This document shows positions 47,262-57,074 of a stretch of DNA of 64,000 bases, in pieces. Position 1 is the first letter of the stretch. Every line of letters begins with the position of its first letter. The position numbers and the translations under genes were made by a program. This DNA is from Deltaproteobacteria bacterium (GTDB lineage: Bacteria; Myxococcota; Kuafuiibacteriia; Kuafuiibacteriales; Kuafuiibacteriaceae): NCBI GenBank assembly GCA_040218735.1, contig JAVJQW010000043.1, positions 128,001 to 192,000 of the forward strand, in the 5' to 3' direction. Below the pieces are notes generated by a model. The model saw nothing but the letters and a program-made list of their open reading frames with translations. It ran no database searches and had not been told where the DNA came from.

Positions 47262-48266
47262 TCACTCCCAGTCGAACACTTCCGGAAGCACCGCGGTCGC
47301 GACGAACAACGACTGCGACACCGGCGCGCCGATGCGTTTGATGTCGTAGCTCGAGAGTGTGTCCCAGGTGTTGTAGCCGGTGCAGAACGAGTACGCGACG
47401 GCGTAGCCGACCTCCTGCGCGATGCGCGAGGTCTCCGCGGTGAAGTGTTGGTAGCCGCCGACCGGGTAGGCGAGCGACGCCACCGGGCGTCCGAGGCGCT
47501 CTTCGAGGAAGGCCTTGGAGGTCTGCAGCTCCTCGCGTTGCGTCTCGGCGGGGAGCGTCGCGAGGACGCGGTGGGAGTGGGTGTGGCTCGCGATGGTCAC
47601 GAGGCCGTCGTCGCTCAGCGCGCGGAGCTGATCCCAGGTCATGAGCTCGGCGTCCTTCTCCGCGTCGGTCGGGGGCGTGACGCCGAAGGCTTCGGCCATG
47701 CGATCCACGAGGTCCTTCGTGCGGTCGGCCGGTTCGAGCTGCATGCGTTTGTGCAGGCGCGCGATCACGGCGTCGCGGTCCGACAGATCGAACGTCTCGC
47801 CGTCGAATTCGACGTTCGCGCCGCGGGCCTTCTTGGCGATGAACGCGATGACGTCCCACCAGCCGACGTAGCGCTCCTCGATGATGCGCGACGGTACGAA
47901 GAACACCGCCGGCATCCCGTACTTCTTCAGCACGGGGTACGCGAGGTCGTAGTTGTCGCGGTAGCCGTCGTCGAACGTCATCAGCGTCGACAGGCCGGAC
48001 GGGAACTTCTGCGTGCGGAGGCATCGGAGCAAGTCGTCTTGCGACAGCATCGTCGTGTTCTCGGAGAGCCACGCGACCTGCGCTTCGAACTCCGAGACGG
48101 TTGGCCCGAAGACGTCGTCGGCGAAGGGGCTCTCGAAGTCGGGGTCGTCCGGCTTGATGCGGTGCTGCCCGAACACGAGGAGGCGATCGCCGACCGCCTT
48201 GGACGTCACGCCCGCGAGGCCGGTGCGGTAGAGGACATCCGCGAGGAGCTGCTTCTTTCCGGGCAC
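47262..48266 (-). CDS. Polysaccharide deacetylase (CE4)
   Basis: MTFDDGYRDN, LMTWDQL, ASHTHSH, LAYPVG. Confidence 0.9.
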   Translation of the reverse strand: MPGKKQLLADVLYRTGLAGVTSKAVGDRLLVFGQHRIKPDDPDFESPFADDVFGPTVSEFEAQVAWLSENTTMLSQDDLLRCLRTQKFPSGLSTLMTFDDGYRDNYDLAYPVLKKYGMPAVFFVPSRIIEERYVGWWDVIAFIAKKARGANVEFDGETFDLSDRDAVIARLHKRMQLEPADRTKDLVDRMAEAFGVTPPTDAEKDAELMTWDQLRALSDDGLVTIASHTHSHRVLATLPAETQREELQTSKAFLEERLGRPVASLAYPVGGYQHFTAETSRIAQEVGYAVAYSFCTGYNTWDTLSSYDIKRIGAPVSQSLFVATAVLPEVFDWE

Positions 48267-48344
48267 GCCGCGTCATGCTCCCCGTTCGGTCGCCTTCCCC
48301 GCAAGCCCTTGCGAGGGGCCACGGGGCGTGGGAAGGGGAGGCCG

Positions 48345-50087
48345 ATGCGGCAGCCGGGAGGGAAGGTGCTCGTCCTGGACGGCGGTCAGCCCGCGTCGCT
48401 CGCGATCGTTCGTTCGCTCGGGCGGCGCAAGGTCGAGGTCGTGGTCGGGGAGCCCGGCGGGCCGTCCTTGGCGGCGCGGTCGCGGTACGCAGCGCGAAGC
48501 GTGGTGTACACGGATCCGATCCGCTCGCCGGAGGCGTTCGTCGACGAGATCGAGCGGCTCGCGAAGGAGGAGCGGTTCGCGCTGATCATTCCGGTCACCG
48601 AGGACACGCTCCAGCCGCTCGCCGAGGCGCGCGCGCGGATCGAGAAGTGGTCGCCGCTGGCGATCGCGCCGGACGAAGCGTTGGCGGTGGTGACGAACAA
48701 GGAGCGGACGTTCGAGCTCGCCGAATCCCTCGGCGTGCCGATCCCGTCGGGGGTCACGATCACTCGCCTCGAGGAGCTGGACGGCGTCGACCGATCGTTC
48801 CCGTTGGTGTTGAAGCCGAGCCGTTCGATCTCGGAGGGCGACCGCGCGCGCATGAAGGTGGCGTACGCGCACTCCGAGGAGGAGCTCCGTTCGACGGCCA
48901 AGGAGATGCTCGCCGTCGGTCCGTTCGTGCTGCAGAGCTACTTCGCCGGCGACGGCGTGGGTGTGGAGCTGCTCGCGGATCACGGCGAGGTCGTCTACGC
49001 GTTTCAGCACAAACGTCTGCACGAGCTCCCGTTGACCGGCGGCGGGAGCTGCCTGCGCGAGAGTGTGCCGGTGCACCCGGAGCTGTTGCGGCATGCGTCG
49101 GCGTTGATGAAGGCGTTGTCGTGGCACGGCGTGGCGATGGTTGAGTTCAAACACGACCCGGCGACGGACCGCGCGGTGCTGATGGAGATCAACGGGCGTT
49201 TCTGGGGCTCACTCCCGCTCGCGGTCGCGGCGGGCGCGGACTTCCCGTACTTCCTGTTCCGGCTCTACACGGGCGGCGTGCGACCGAACGCCCCCGCCGC
49301 GCGGACGGGGGTGGTGTGCCGCAAGCTCTCGGACGACGTGTACTGGTACGTGCAGGTCGCGAGGCCGACGCAGGACAGCCCGCTGATCGAGTGGCCGTCG
49401 CGCGAGAAGATGTTGAAGGATCTCGCGCTCGCGCTGTCGCCGAAGCATCACTTCGACGTGCAGACGCTCGCGGATCCGGTGCCGGGGTTGTTGGACGCAG
49501 CGCGCACGGCGGGGTGGTTCGGCGAGCGCGTCTTGTCGATCGCGAAGGACAAACTCGACGAGCGTCACCACGCGAAGCTCAGGCGGAGCGGGGAGGTGGC
49601 CGCGCAGGTCGAGGCGGCGCGGTCGGTGCTGTTCCTCTGCTACGGCAACATCAACCGCAGCGCGCTCGCCCAGGTGGTGATGGAGCGAATCCTCGAAGGC
49701 CGCGGCCCGGCGCTCGCGTCGTGCGGCTTCCACCCGGTGGACGGGCGCCCGGCGGATCCGAAGATGGTCGAGGTCGCGCGCGTGTCGGGCGTGGACTTGT
49801 CCGGGTGGTCGTCGCACCAGCTCACCTCGGAGCTCGTCCGCGACGCCGAGATCATCCTCGCGATGGAGATCCGCCACCTGAAGCGCCTCGAGGCCGAGTA
49901 CCCCGAAGCCCAGGGCAAGGCCTTCCTCCTCGGCGCCGCCACCCAGCGCCCGGAGGTCCCGCTGGAGATCTCCGACCCCTACGGCGGCGCCCGCGAGGGC
50001 TACGCCGCGGTGTTCGGGGAGGTGACGACGGCGGTCGAGGACCTGGCGGCGCGAATCGGGGCGTCGAAGGTGCGGTTCGGGGCGTAA
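48345..50087 (+). CDS. ATP-grasp ligase fused to a low-molecular-weight protein-tyrosine-phosphatase-like domain
   Basis: SLAIVRSLGR, PLVLKP, HGVAMVEFK, MEINGRFWGSLPLA (ATP-grasp); C-terminal LFLCYGNINRS...DPYGG. Confidence 0.85.
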   Translation: MRQPGGKVLVLDGGQPASLAIVRSLGRRKVEVVVGEPGGPSLAARSRYAARSVVYTDPIRSPEAFVDEIERLAKEERFALIIPVTEDTLQPLAEARARIEKWSPLAIAPDEALAVVTNKERTFELAESLGVPIPSGVTITRLEELDGVDRSFPLVLKPSRSISEGDRARMKVAYAHSEEELRSTAKEMLAVGPFVLQSYFAGDGVGVELLADHGEVVYAFQHKRLHELPLTGGGSCLRESVPVHPELLRHASALMKALSWHGVAMVEFKHDPATDRAVLMEINGRFWGSLPLAVAAGADFPYFLFRLYTGGVRPNAPAARTGVVCRKLSDDVYWYVQVARPTQDSPLIEWPSREKMLKDLALALSPKHHFDVQTLADPVPGLLDAARTAGWFGERVLSIAKDKLDERHHAKLRRSGEVAAQVEAARSVLFLCYGNINRSALAQVVMERILEGRGPALASCGFHPVDGRPADPKMVEVARVSGVDLSGWSSHQLTSELVRDAEIILAMEIRHLKRLEAEYPEAQGKAFLLGAATQRPEVPLEISDPYGGAREGYAAVFGEVTTAVEDLAARIGASKVRFGA

Positions 50088-50128
50088 GAGTTTTGGCAGT
50101 TGCGCGGCGGCTGGCGTAGCTTGGTGAC

Positions 50129-51043
50129 GTGGCCCTCGTCGATCACATCGCGATCGAGAACTTTAGGTGCGTGGCGCATGCGGAGTTCGACGTGGCGCCG
50201 TTCACGGTGTTCGTGGGCGCGAACGGGTCGGGGAAGAGCAGCGTCCTTAGAGCATTCTCATCCGCCGAAGTGAGAAGACCCGTGAACGGGCGAGATCTTA
50301 CGGCGGCGACGACCGTCGATCTCCTCTCAAATGGAGCGCGGACAACGCTAAGACGAGAGGTAAATGACTTAGAGATGACCGGCATCGCGCCGGACGTCTC
50401 CCTACTTCAGCTAACGCTTGAAGATCTACGGCTTGAAAACGAGGCGAGCGTCGCTGGGCGGTTATCGCCAAGTGGAAACAACCTCCCAAACCTGCTCGCA
50501 TCTCTGGGGCGCGGCAGGCTCGGGCGAGTCGCTCAGCAGTTTTGCCTGCTCGTTCCGATTTATCAGGACATGGATGTTCTCCCGTCTCTCAACATTGGCA
50601 GACACCGCGTCCTCTTCCAGGATCGCTGGAACGAGGACCGCTGGTACACCCAGTCCGAGGTCTCCGACGGCTCCCTCATCATGCTCGCGCTGCTCGCGGC
50701 TTTCGCGCAGCCCCAGCCCCCCGACATCCTCGCGATCGACGAGATCGAGCGCGGCCTGCACCCGTACCTGCTCCAGCAGGTCGTCGCCCTTTGCCGCGAC
50801 CTCGCGGCCGGTAAGCTCGGGCGCCCGGTGCAGGTCCTCGCGGCCACGCACAGCCCGCACCTGCTCGATTTCCTAGAGCCGCACGAAGTGCGCTTCGTGA
50901 CGCGCGATCGCGACACCGGCAACACCGTCGTCACGGCGCCGCCGACGGAGGCGCCGGAGTGGGCGCGCGCGGCGGAAGCGTATCGAGACAGTCTCGGCGA
51001 CCTCTGGCTCAGCGGGGCGCTCGGCGGCACGGTAGGCCGTTGA
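50129..51043 (+). CDS. ABC-type AAA ATPase (AAA_21/AbiEii-like)
   Basis: IENFRC, Walker A GANGSGKS, signature VSDGSL, Walker B LAIDEIERGLHP, H-loop ATHSP, LGDLWLSGALGG. Confidence 0.9.
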   Translation: MALVDHIAIENFRCVAHAEFDVAPFTVFVGANGSGKSSVLRAFSSAEVRRPVNGRDLTAATTVDLLSNGARTTLRREVNDLEMTGIAPDVSLLQLTLEDLRLENEASVAGRLSPSGNNLPNLLASLGRGRLGRVAQQFCLLVPIYQDMDVLPSLNIGRHRVLFQDRWNEDRWYTQSEVSDGSLIMLALLAAFAQPQPPDILAIDEIERGLHPYLLQQVVALCRDLAAGKLGRPVQVLAATHSPHLLDFLEPHEVRFVTRDRDTGNTVVTAPPTEAPEWARAAEAYRDSLGDLWLSGALGGTVGR

Positions 51044-51720
51044 GCGTGGGCGCGGTTCACATCGCCCTGTATGCGGAGGGGGCGCGTGAGCTCATGGGCG
51101 CCGGCGGATGGCCGACGGCGCCGGGCGACGTCCTCCAGGCCGACGAGCTCGGCGCCGCCCATCGACTCCTCGCGCGGATCGTCGCCGCCCAAACGAACCT
51201 CCCCGACGGAGCGATCCGTTTTCTGTCGCCGATTCGCGATCGTCGTGGGCGACAGCTTCGCGGTAGCCTCCTTCACGGCGGAGACCACCTGCGACGCGCC
51301 TTGCTGGCCCACGAGCTCGTGGGGAAGACCAACGACGGACGTCCGTCCGCCGACGCCTTCGTGGTGCTCGTCGATGCCGATGGCGACGCGAGCCGGCACA
51401 CCTCCATCGTCGAAGGCCTCGCGGGGGTCGTGGTGCCCAAGGTCGTCGGCGTCGCCGTTCAGGAGTTCGAGACCTGGCTCATCGCCGACCTCCCCGCGCT
51501 CAACGACGTCCTCGGCACGCAGGTCGACGATCCCGGTCCGCGTGAATCGCTCCCCCCGGGCGGCGCCAAGGCCTTCCTCTTGGACCGCCTCCAGGGCCAG
51601 CGCGAGCAGGACGTCCGGCTGACGCTGGCCGAACGCGTCGACATCGAGGTGGTACGCCAGGTTTGTCCGTCCTTCGACCGCTTCGTGAAGGACCTCTGCG
51701 ATACCCTCTTGGCGCTCTGA
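51040..51720 (+). CDS. DUF4276-like (TOPRIM-like) protein
   Basis: IALYAEG..E, VVLVDADGD, VAVQEFETWLIAD, CPSFDRF. The TTG start overlaps the ATPase stop. Confidence 0.7.
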   Translation: MSVGAVHIALYAEGARELMGAGGWPTAPGDVLQADELGAAHRLLARIVAAQTNLPDGAIRFLSPIRDRRGRQLRGSLLHGGDHLRRALLAHELVGKTNDGRPSADAFVVLVDADGDASRHTSIVEGLAGVVVPKVVGVAVQEFETWLIADLPALNDVLGTQVDDPGPRESLPPGGAKAFLLDRLQGQREQDVRLTLAERVDIEVVRQVCPSFDRFVKDLCDTLLAL

Positions 51721-51829
51721 TCGGGCCGCCCAGAGAACTTTTCGAAGTTCCCCTTGCCCTCGTCCGCCGTCCGCGTTGCAAAGAAGGTCGCGCCCGGAGG
51801 TCCCCGGCGCGTTTTCCCGAGGAGGCTCG

Positions 51830-52075
51830 ATGGCGAGACCGAAACAATCAGGCACGAAACGACAGCGCGAGCGGACCAAGCTCGAGCAGAAGAAGGATCG
51901 CGAGCGCCGCAAGGAGCAGCGCAAGCAGGAGTCCGAGGAGCGGCGCGCTTCGATCGAAGACGGTGTCGACCCCGATCTGGTGGGCATCGTGGCCGGGCCG
52001 AACCAGCCCGACCCGTGGGCGGACGATCGTGACCAGGGCGACGACGCCGAGAACGACGACGAAGAGACGTCCTGA
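51830..52075 (+). CDS. Small highly charged hypothetical protein
   Basis: Strong RBS GAGGAGG; basic N-terminal half and acidic C-terminal half (GVDPDLVGIVAGPNQP). Confidence 0.75.
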   Translation: MARPKQSGTKRQRERTKLEQKKDRERRKEQRKQESEERRASIEDGVDPDLVGIVAGPNQPDPWADDRDQGDDAENDDEETS

Positions 52076-52084
52076 GGCCCGGGT

Positions 52085-52122
52085 GGTCGCGTCCTTTGGG
52101 CCCGCAAGGGCCCGACGCGACC
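52085..52122. terminator. GC-rich hairpin with a GCAA tetraloop between convergent genes
   Basis: GGTCGCGTC-cttt-GGGCCC-GCAA-GGGCCC-GACGCGACC. No U-tract. Confidence 0.5.
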
Positions 52123-52167
52123 GCGCCTGAGCGACCCGCCGGACGAAGGGGCCGCGCCGGCTCTCCG

Positions 52168-53214
52168 CTAGATCGACAGCCGAAGGCCTGCCGCGACGGC
52201 GACCGCGACGTCGTTCAGGCCGAGGTTCACCTGGCCGAACACGTTCAGCGGGCCGAGGTGGATCTGCGCGCCGACCAGCGCGCGGTAGAAGACCGTGTTC
52301 GGTGCGCCCTCTTCGGCTGCGCTCACGCGCGCCGTGCCGACGTCGAGGGTCTGCGTCGTGTCGCGCGGGTCGTCGGCTTCCATCGTCGCGTCGAGGTCGG
52401 CGTTCAGCTTCGCGCCGCCCGACATGAAGTCGACGCCGACGCCGCCGTAGACGGACACGAGCTTCAGGATGGTGATGCCGGTGGTCGCTTCGATCGGGAT
52501 GTTGAACGCCGTCTGTTCGAGTCGGAGCGTACCCGTCGCGGTGGAGCGGATCTCGTACTCCCGCCCGTCCACGCGGATGGGCGCTGCGCTGTCCTGCGTG
52601 TCGGAGAGCGACAGCACCATGCGTGAGATCTCCACGCCCGACGTCAGGTCGATGCCGCGCCACTCGATCACCGCCGCGCTCTTCGGGCGGATGAGCGCGT
52701 ACTGTACGTGGGCGCCGATGTTGTAGAACTCGCCGTCGAGGTCGTTGACGGTCCAGGGGTGGTAGAGGCCGTTCGCGAAGAGCGTGAGGCGCGACAGCCC
52801 GATGATGCCGAGGTTCAGGCCGCCCATCGCGGAGATCTGCGCGCCGGCGCCGGCGCTGAGCACGGTCTGGGGGTTGGTGATGTCGTCGAGGTCTGCGTCG
52901 CCCGACTCCGCGGCGGCCGATATCGCGACGCCGAACATCGCGATCTTCGGGCTCGCCGCGTAGTCGACGCCGAGCCCCTTGTTCGCGAGCGCCTGAGCGT
53001 TCGCCGAGACGCGCAAGAAGTCTTGCACGTCGACGAGGCGATACGCTTCGCGGAAGCGCTGGCGGACGAGCTCCTCGAGTTGATCCTCCGCCACCTGAAG
53101 CTCGTCGCCGAGGACGTCCTTCGCCTGCTGGGTCAGCGTGATCTCGACGTCCTGGGCCGCGGCCGTGGCGGGGAGTGCGGCGAGGAGGAGCGCGATGGGG
53201 AGGCGGAGCTTCAC
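52168..53214 (-). CDS. Secreted/outer-membrane protein, Lsa36-like
   Basis: Signal peptide AAAQD; SANAQALANKGLGVDYA; amphipathic beta strands; ends AGLRLSI. Confidence 0.65.
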   Translation of the reverse strand: MKLRLPIALLLAALPATAAAQDVEITLTQQAKDVLGDELQVAEDQLEELVRQRFREAYRLVDVQDFLRVSANAQALANKGLGVDYAASPKIAMFGVAISAAAESGDADLDDITNPQTVLSAGAGAQISAMGGLNLGIIGLSRLTLFANGLYHPWTVNDLDGEFYNIGAHVQYALIRPKSAAVIEWRGIDLTSGVEISRMVLSLSDTQDSAAPIRVDGREYEIRSTATGTLRLEQTAFNIPIEATTGITILKLVSVYGGVGVDFMSGGAKLNADLDATMEADDPRDTTQTLDVGTARVSAAEEGAPNTVFYRALVGAQIHLGPLNVFGQVNLGLNDVAVAVAAGLRLSI

Positions 53215-53319
53215 GGCGCTTATACTGCCTCAGATCGATGCCGGGCGCGCGTGTGCGCGGACACGGATGAAGCCCGCGATGGGCGTGAATCCCGCACCCC
53301 CCGCGCCGTCGAACCCCGC

Positions 53320-53991
53320 ATGCTCCGCGTCGTGTTCGCCGCGCTCGTGATCGCCGCGCTCCTGTTGCCCCAACGCGCCGAGGCGCTCGACACCACCGGC
53401 TACCGCTGGTTCGGTTGCGAGGTAGGCCTGACGCTGGGCGGCGTAGGCCTGGCGCTCACGCTCCCGCACGTCGGCAAGCTGGAGTCCGACGACCCGAATC
53501 GCTTCGAATCCAACGGCGCCCCGGTCTTCGCCGCGATCGGACTCACCGCGCTCGCGCTCGGCCTGTGCCCCGCCGGGTTGTTCACCGCCGACGCGATCGC
53601 GGAAGCCACCGTGGCGGATCGCGAAGTCGGCTACGGGCTCGCGGGGAGCGGCCTGTCTGCGCTCGGCGGCGCCGCGCTTGGCTACGGGCTCGGCCAGGCC
53701 TTCGACGCGTCATCTACTCAAAAGAACGTCGCCGCAGGTGTCGGCGGCGTGCTCGGCGCGGTCGGCGGCTACCTGGTCGCGGGCCGCGTCGGCGCCGACC
53801 CCGTGATGAACGACTCGATACAGGCCCCGCTCTTCGCGTTCTTCAGCCTGTTCATCCTCACCGGCATCGTCACCAACGTGGTCGTCGCCGCGACCGCAGA
53901 CGAGGGCGCGCCACCGAACCCGGCGCTGCTGATCGCCCCGGCGGTCGCCGGGCTCGGTGGGTTCTATCTGACCGGCGCGCTGACGCGTTAG
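53320..53991 (+). CDS. Gly-rich membrane hypothetical protein
   Basis: Signal peptide RAEA; several Gly-zipper-like hydrophobic helices. Confidence 0.7.
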   Translation: MLRVVFAALVIAALLLPQRAEALDTTGYRWFGCEVGLTLGGVGLALTLPHVGKLESDDPNRFESNGAPVFAAIGLTALALGLCPAGLFTADAIAEATVADREVGYGLAGSGLSALGGAALGYGLGQAFDASSTQKNVAAGVGGVLGAVGGYLVAGRVGADPVMNDSIQAPLFAFFSLFILTGIVTNVVVAATADEGAPPNPALLIAPAVAGLGGFYLTGALTR

Positions 53992-55946
53992 CGCGGGACC
54001 CCGAACTCCGACGGGTCCGCGACCGCGGGCACGAAGACCTCGTCCGGCGTCATGAACTGCTCCATCGACTTTGCGATCCCCACGAGGTGCGTGAAGAGCG
54101 CGTAGTCCTTGCCGACGCCTTCGCGGGCGAAGCGCTCAGACAGGGCGCGGACGCCTTCGGCTTGGAGCACGTCGCTCGGGAAGTCGTCGCGACGCGTGAA
54201 GTCGACGAGGTAGCGGTGCAGCGCGGCGTCCTCTTTCAGGAGCTTGGGGTGGTCGCGGAAGAAGTAGTGCGCCTGCTGACCGCGGCGCGAGGGGAGCTTC
54301 TCCTCCATCTTCCGCTTCGCGAAGTTGAAGACCTCGCGCGCGAACTCGTACGCGGGGTTCGACGTGATGCGGCCCTCCGTGTACGCCCACGGGACGTGCG
54401 CGGCGCGCGGGTGGTGCTCGACGAGCATCTTCTTGTAGACGCGCTGCTGGAAGCGCCAGGCCGCCGGGACGTCCGCGAGGAAGTCGATGAGATCGTAGTC
54501 GAGGAACGGCGAACGGCACGTGCAGAAGTAGCGCTCGATGGCGAAGCTCGTGAACGCGCCTCGGCGTTGGCGGTTCTCCATGTCCCAGACGTTTGCGACC
54601 GCGGTGGGTTCGTCGGCGTCGATCTCGTCGAAGTCGGCGAGGAACGTCGGGTCGCGCGCGGCGCGGTAGCGCCCGTAGAACGCGGGCGTGAAGAGGGCGC
54701 GGAGCCGGTCGTCGTCCTGGAAGAACGCGCGGCCGAGGAGGTCCTGCTTCACCTCTTCGCGCGTCGGCGACAGCATCAGGTTCGGCGTGATGTGACTGCC
54801 CGTCATCGCGTCGCCCGCGGCGCCGTTCAGCATGAAGTGCATCAGCGGCTTGTAGATCGGGTGCCACAGCAACGAGCTCAGCCCGTCGAAGAGGCTCAGC
54901 GCCTCACACCGCCAGATGATCCGATCCACCTGGCTCGAGAAGAAGCCGAACTCGTCCGTGCGCCCGGTGAGCCGCTGATACGTCGCCGCGCCCTCGTCGA
55001 TCAGGCGCTGCGCCTCCGGCTCGATGTAGTGGTGGCGGAAGCCGATCACCTTCGCGAGCTCAGCCGCGTAACGCACGTCGGCGCTCGTCTCGCCGCCGTA
55101 GGTGATCGAGTCGATCGGGAGGTGGCGCGAAGGGATCGTCAGCGCGACGGCGCGGCTGTCGAGTCCGCCCGACAGCGTGATCGCCATGGGGTGCCGGTCC
55201 GCGAGCTTCATGCTGCGCGCCGTGGCCTCCGCGAGGTGGTGCGCGAAGCCTTCGGCGTAGGCGCCCTCGCTCATCGAAGGGCGCCCTTCGTTGAAGCGGA
55301 GCTTGTAGTAGCGATGCTGCCGCACGCCGTCCGAGAGCGCGACGATCGTGCCCGGCGGTATCAGCTCGATGCCGTCGACCCACGTGACTTGCCCAGCGTG
55401 GCCCCCCGCCGACAGCAGCTGCATGAGGCCGACGCTGCCGGGGCTGCTCTTTCGGTTCCGGCCGACGACGACCCCCTTCAGCTCGTTGGCGAACACATAG
55501 CGCGCGCCGTCGTTGGCGAAGAAGAGCAGGCGGCTGCCGTGGCGATCCGTGATCACGTACGTGACGTCGCCGTCGTGCACCACGATGTTCCAGCAGCCGT
55601 TGAGGTGGTCGACGAAGTCGAGCCCGAACGCGCGATAGGCGAGGAGGGCGAGCTGGGCGTCGTCGCCCTTCGGGTCGAGGCCGCGTTCACGGAGCGCGCG
55701 TTTCAGGGGTTCGAGGCCAAGGAGCTCGCCGTCGAGCATCAACCAGACGTCACCGTGGCGCGCCGGCTGCGCGAGGTTGTCCTCGATCCCCGGCAGGACG
55801 TTGCCGCACGCCACGCCGTCGGCCTTCGCCACCCGGCGCTCGAACCCGAACGCCGGATAGTCGACCGCCGTCATCATGCGTTCGAGCGTGGTGTCGAGCG
55901 CCTCGGCGGTGGCGGTCGGATCGTACAGGCCAACGAGGTTCGGCAC
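53988..55946 (-). CDS. Asparagine synthase-like amidotransferase lacking the N-terminal Cys
   Basis: LDGEL, HLNGCW, TDRHGSRLLF, FANELKG, TLSGGLDSR, NGAAGDA, RSPFLDYDL. Confidence 0.85.
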   Translation of the reverse strand: MPNLVGLYDPTATAEALDTTLERMMTAVDYPAFGFERRVAKADGVACGNVLPGIEDNLAQPARHGDVWLMLDGELLGLEPLKRALRERGLDPKGDDAQLALLAYRAFGLDFVDHLNGCWNIVVHDGDVTYVITDRHGSRLLFFANDGARYVFANELKGVVVGRNRKSSPGSVGLMQLLSAGGHAGQVTWVDGIELIPPGTIVALSDGVRQHRYYKLRFNEGRPSMSEGAYAEGFAHHLAEATARSMKLADRHPMAITLSGGLDSRAVALTIPSRHLPIDSITYGGETSADVRYAAELAKVIGFRHHYIEPEAQRLIDEGAATYQRLTGRTDEFGFFSSQVDRIIWRCEALSLFDGLSSLLWHPIYKPLMHFMLNGAAGDAMTGSHITPNLMLSPTREEVKQDLLGRAFFQDDDRLRALFTPAFYGRYRAARDPTFLADFDEIDADEPTAVANVWDMENRQRRGAFTSFAIERYFCTCRSPFLDYDLIDFLADVPAAWRFQQRVYKKMLVEHHPRAAHVPWAYTEGRITSNPAYEFAREVFNFAKRKMEEKLPSRRGQQAHYFFRDHPKLLKEDAALHRYLVDFTRRDDFPSDVLQAEGVRALSERFAREGVGKDYALFTHLVGIAKSMEQFMTPDEVFVPAVADPSEFGVPR

Positions 55947-55997
55947 GCCGCGATCGGATTAACACGACGCCGCGCCGAGCGGTACGCTCCCGGCGTC

Positions 55998-57074
55998 TTG
56001 TCCCTCCCGCTGAAGCCCCCGATCGAACCGATGCTGGCCAAGTTGGTCCGTGAGATGCCCGACGACGCCGAGTTGCTCTACGAGCCGAAGTGGGACGGCT
56101 TCAGGGCCATCGTCTTCCGGGACGGCGACGACGTGTACATCCAGAGCCGGGAGAAGCGGCCGCTGGTGCGTTACTTCCCCGAGCTGGTGGAAGCGATCCG
56201 CGAGCACTTCCCGGAGCGGGTGGTCGTGGACGGAGAGATCGTCATCGCGACCGACGACGGCTTGGACTTCTCCGCGCTGCAACTTCGCTTGCACCCGGCG
56301 AAGTCACGCGTCGAGAAACTCTCCAAGGAGATCCCGACCTCCTTCGTCGCGTTCGATCTGTTGGCCGAGGGGGACGAGGATCTCACGGGTGTCCCCTTCG
56401 AGGAGCGTCGGCGTCGTCTGGAGGCCGCCTTTGCTTCCGCGTCTTCGCCGATTCACGTCACGCCGATCACCGAAGACGTGGAGGTCGCGCGCGACTGGTT
56501 CGCGCGGTTCGAGGGCGCCGGTCTCGACGGCGTCATGGCGAAGAAGCGCTCGCAGATCTACGAGCCGAAGAAACGCGCGATGCAGAAGATCAAACACCGA
56601 CGGACGGTGGACTGCGTCGCGGCCGGGTTTCGGTGGCACAAGAACGGGCCGGGCACGCTGATCGGCTCGCTGCTGCTAGGCCTGTACGACGCGGAGGGGA
56701 ACCTGCAGCACGTCGGCATCACGTCGTCGTTCAAGATGGACTACCGCGAGAAGCTCGTGACCGAGCTCGAACCGCTGCGCGAGGGCGCGCTCGACGCGCA
56801 CCCCTGGGCGTCGTGGGCGGGGGCGGAGGAACACCAGCGCAAGCCGGGGATGGGGAGCCGGTGGAGCGTCGGCAAGGATCTGTCGTGGGAGCCGTTGCGC
56901 GTCGAGCGGGTGATCGAGGTGGCCTACGACGGCCTTCAGGGGCGCCGCTTCCGCCACGCGGCGAGCTTCGTTCGGTGGCGCCCGGACCGCGAACCGGCGT
57001 CGTGCACCTACGCGCAGCTGGAGATCACGCCACCGTTCGAGCTGCAGAAGATCTTCCGCGCTTCCGGGTCATGA
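55998..57074 (+). CDS. ligC: ATP-dependent DNA ligase (LigC-like)
   Basis: PIEPMLAK, YEPKWDGFRA, YFPEL, VDGEIV, FDLL, GAGLDGVMAK, GSLLLGLYD, RFRH...WRPDR. Confidence 0.9.
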   Translation: MSLPLKPPIEPMLAKLVREMPDDAELLYEPKWDGFRAIVFRDGDDVYIQSREKRPLVRYFPELVEAIREHFPERVVVDGEIVIATDDGLDFSALQLRLHPAKSRVEKLSKEIPTSFVAFDLLAEGDEDLTGVPFEERRRRLEAAFASASSPIHVTPITEDVEVARDWFARFEGAGLDGVMAKKRSQIYEPKKRAMQKIKHRRTVDCVAAGFRWHKNGPGTLIGSLLLGLYDAEGNLQHVGITSSFKMDYREKLVTELEPLREGALDAHPWASWAGAEEHQRKPGMGSRWSVGKDLSWEPLRVERVIEVAYDGLQGRRFRHAASFVRWRPDREPASCTYAQLEITPPFELQKIFRASGS

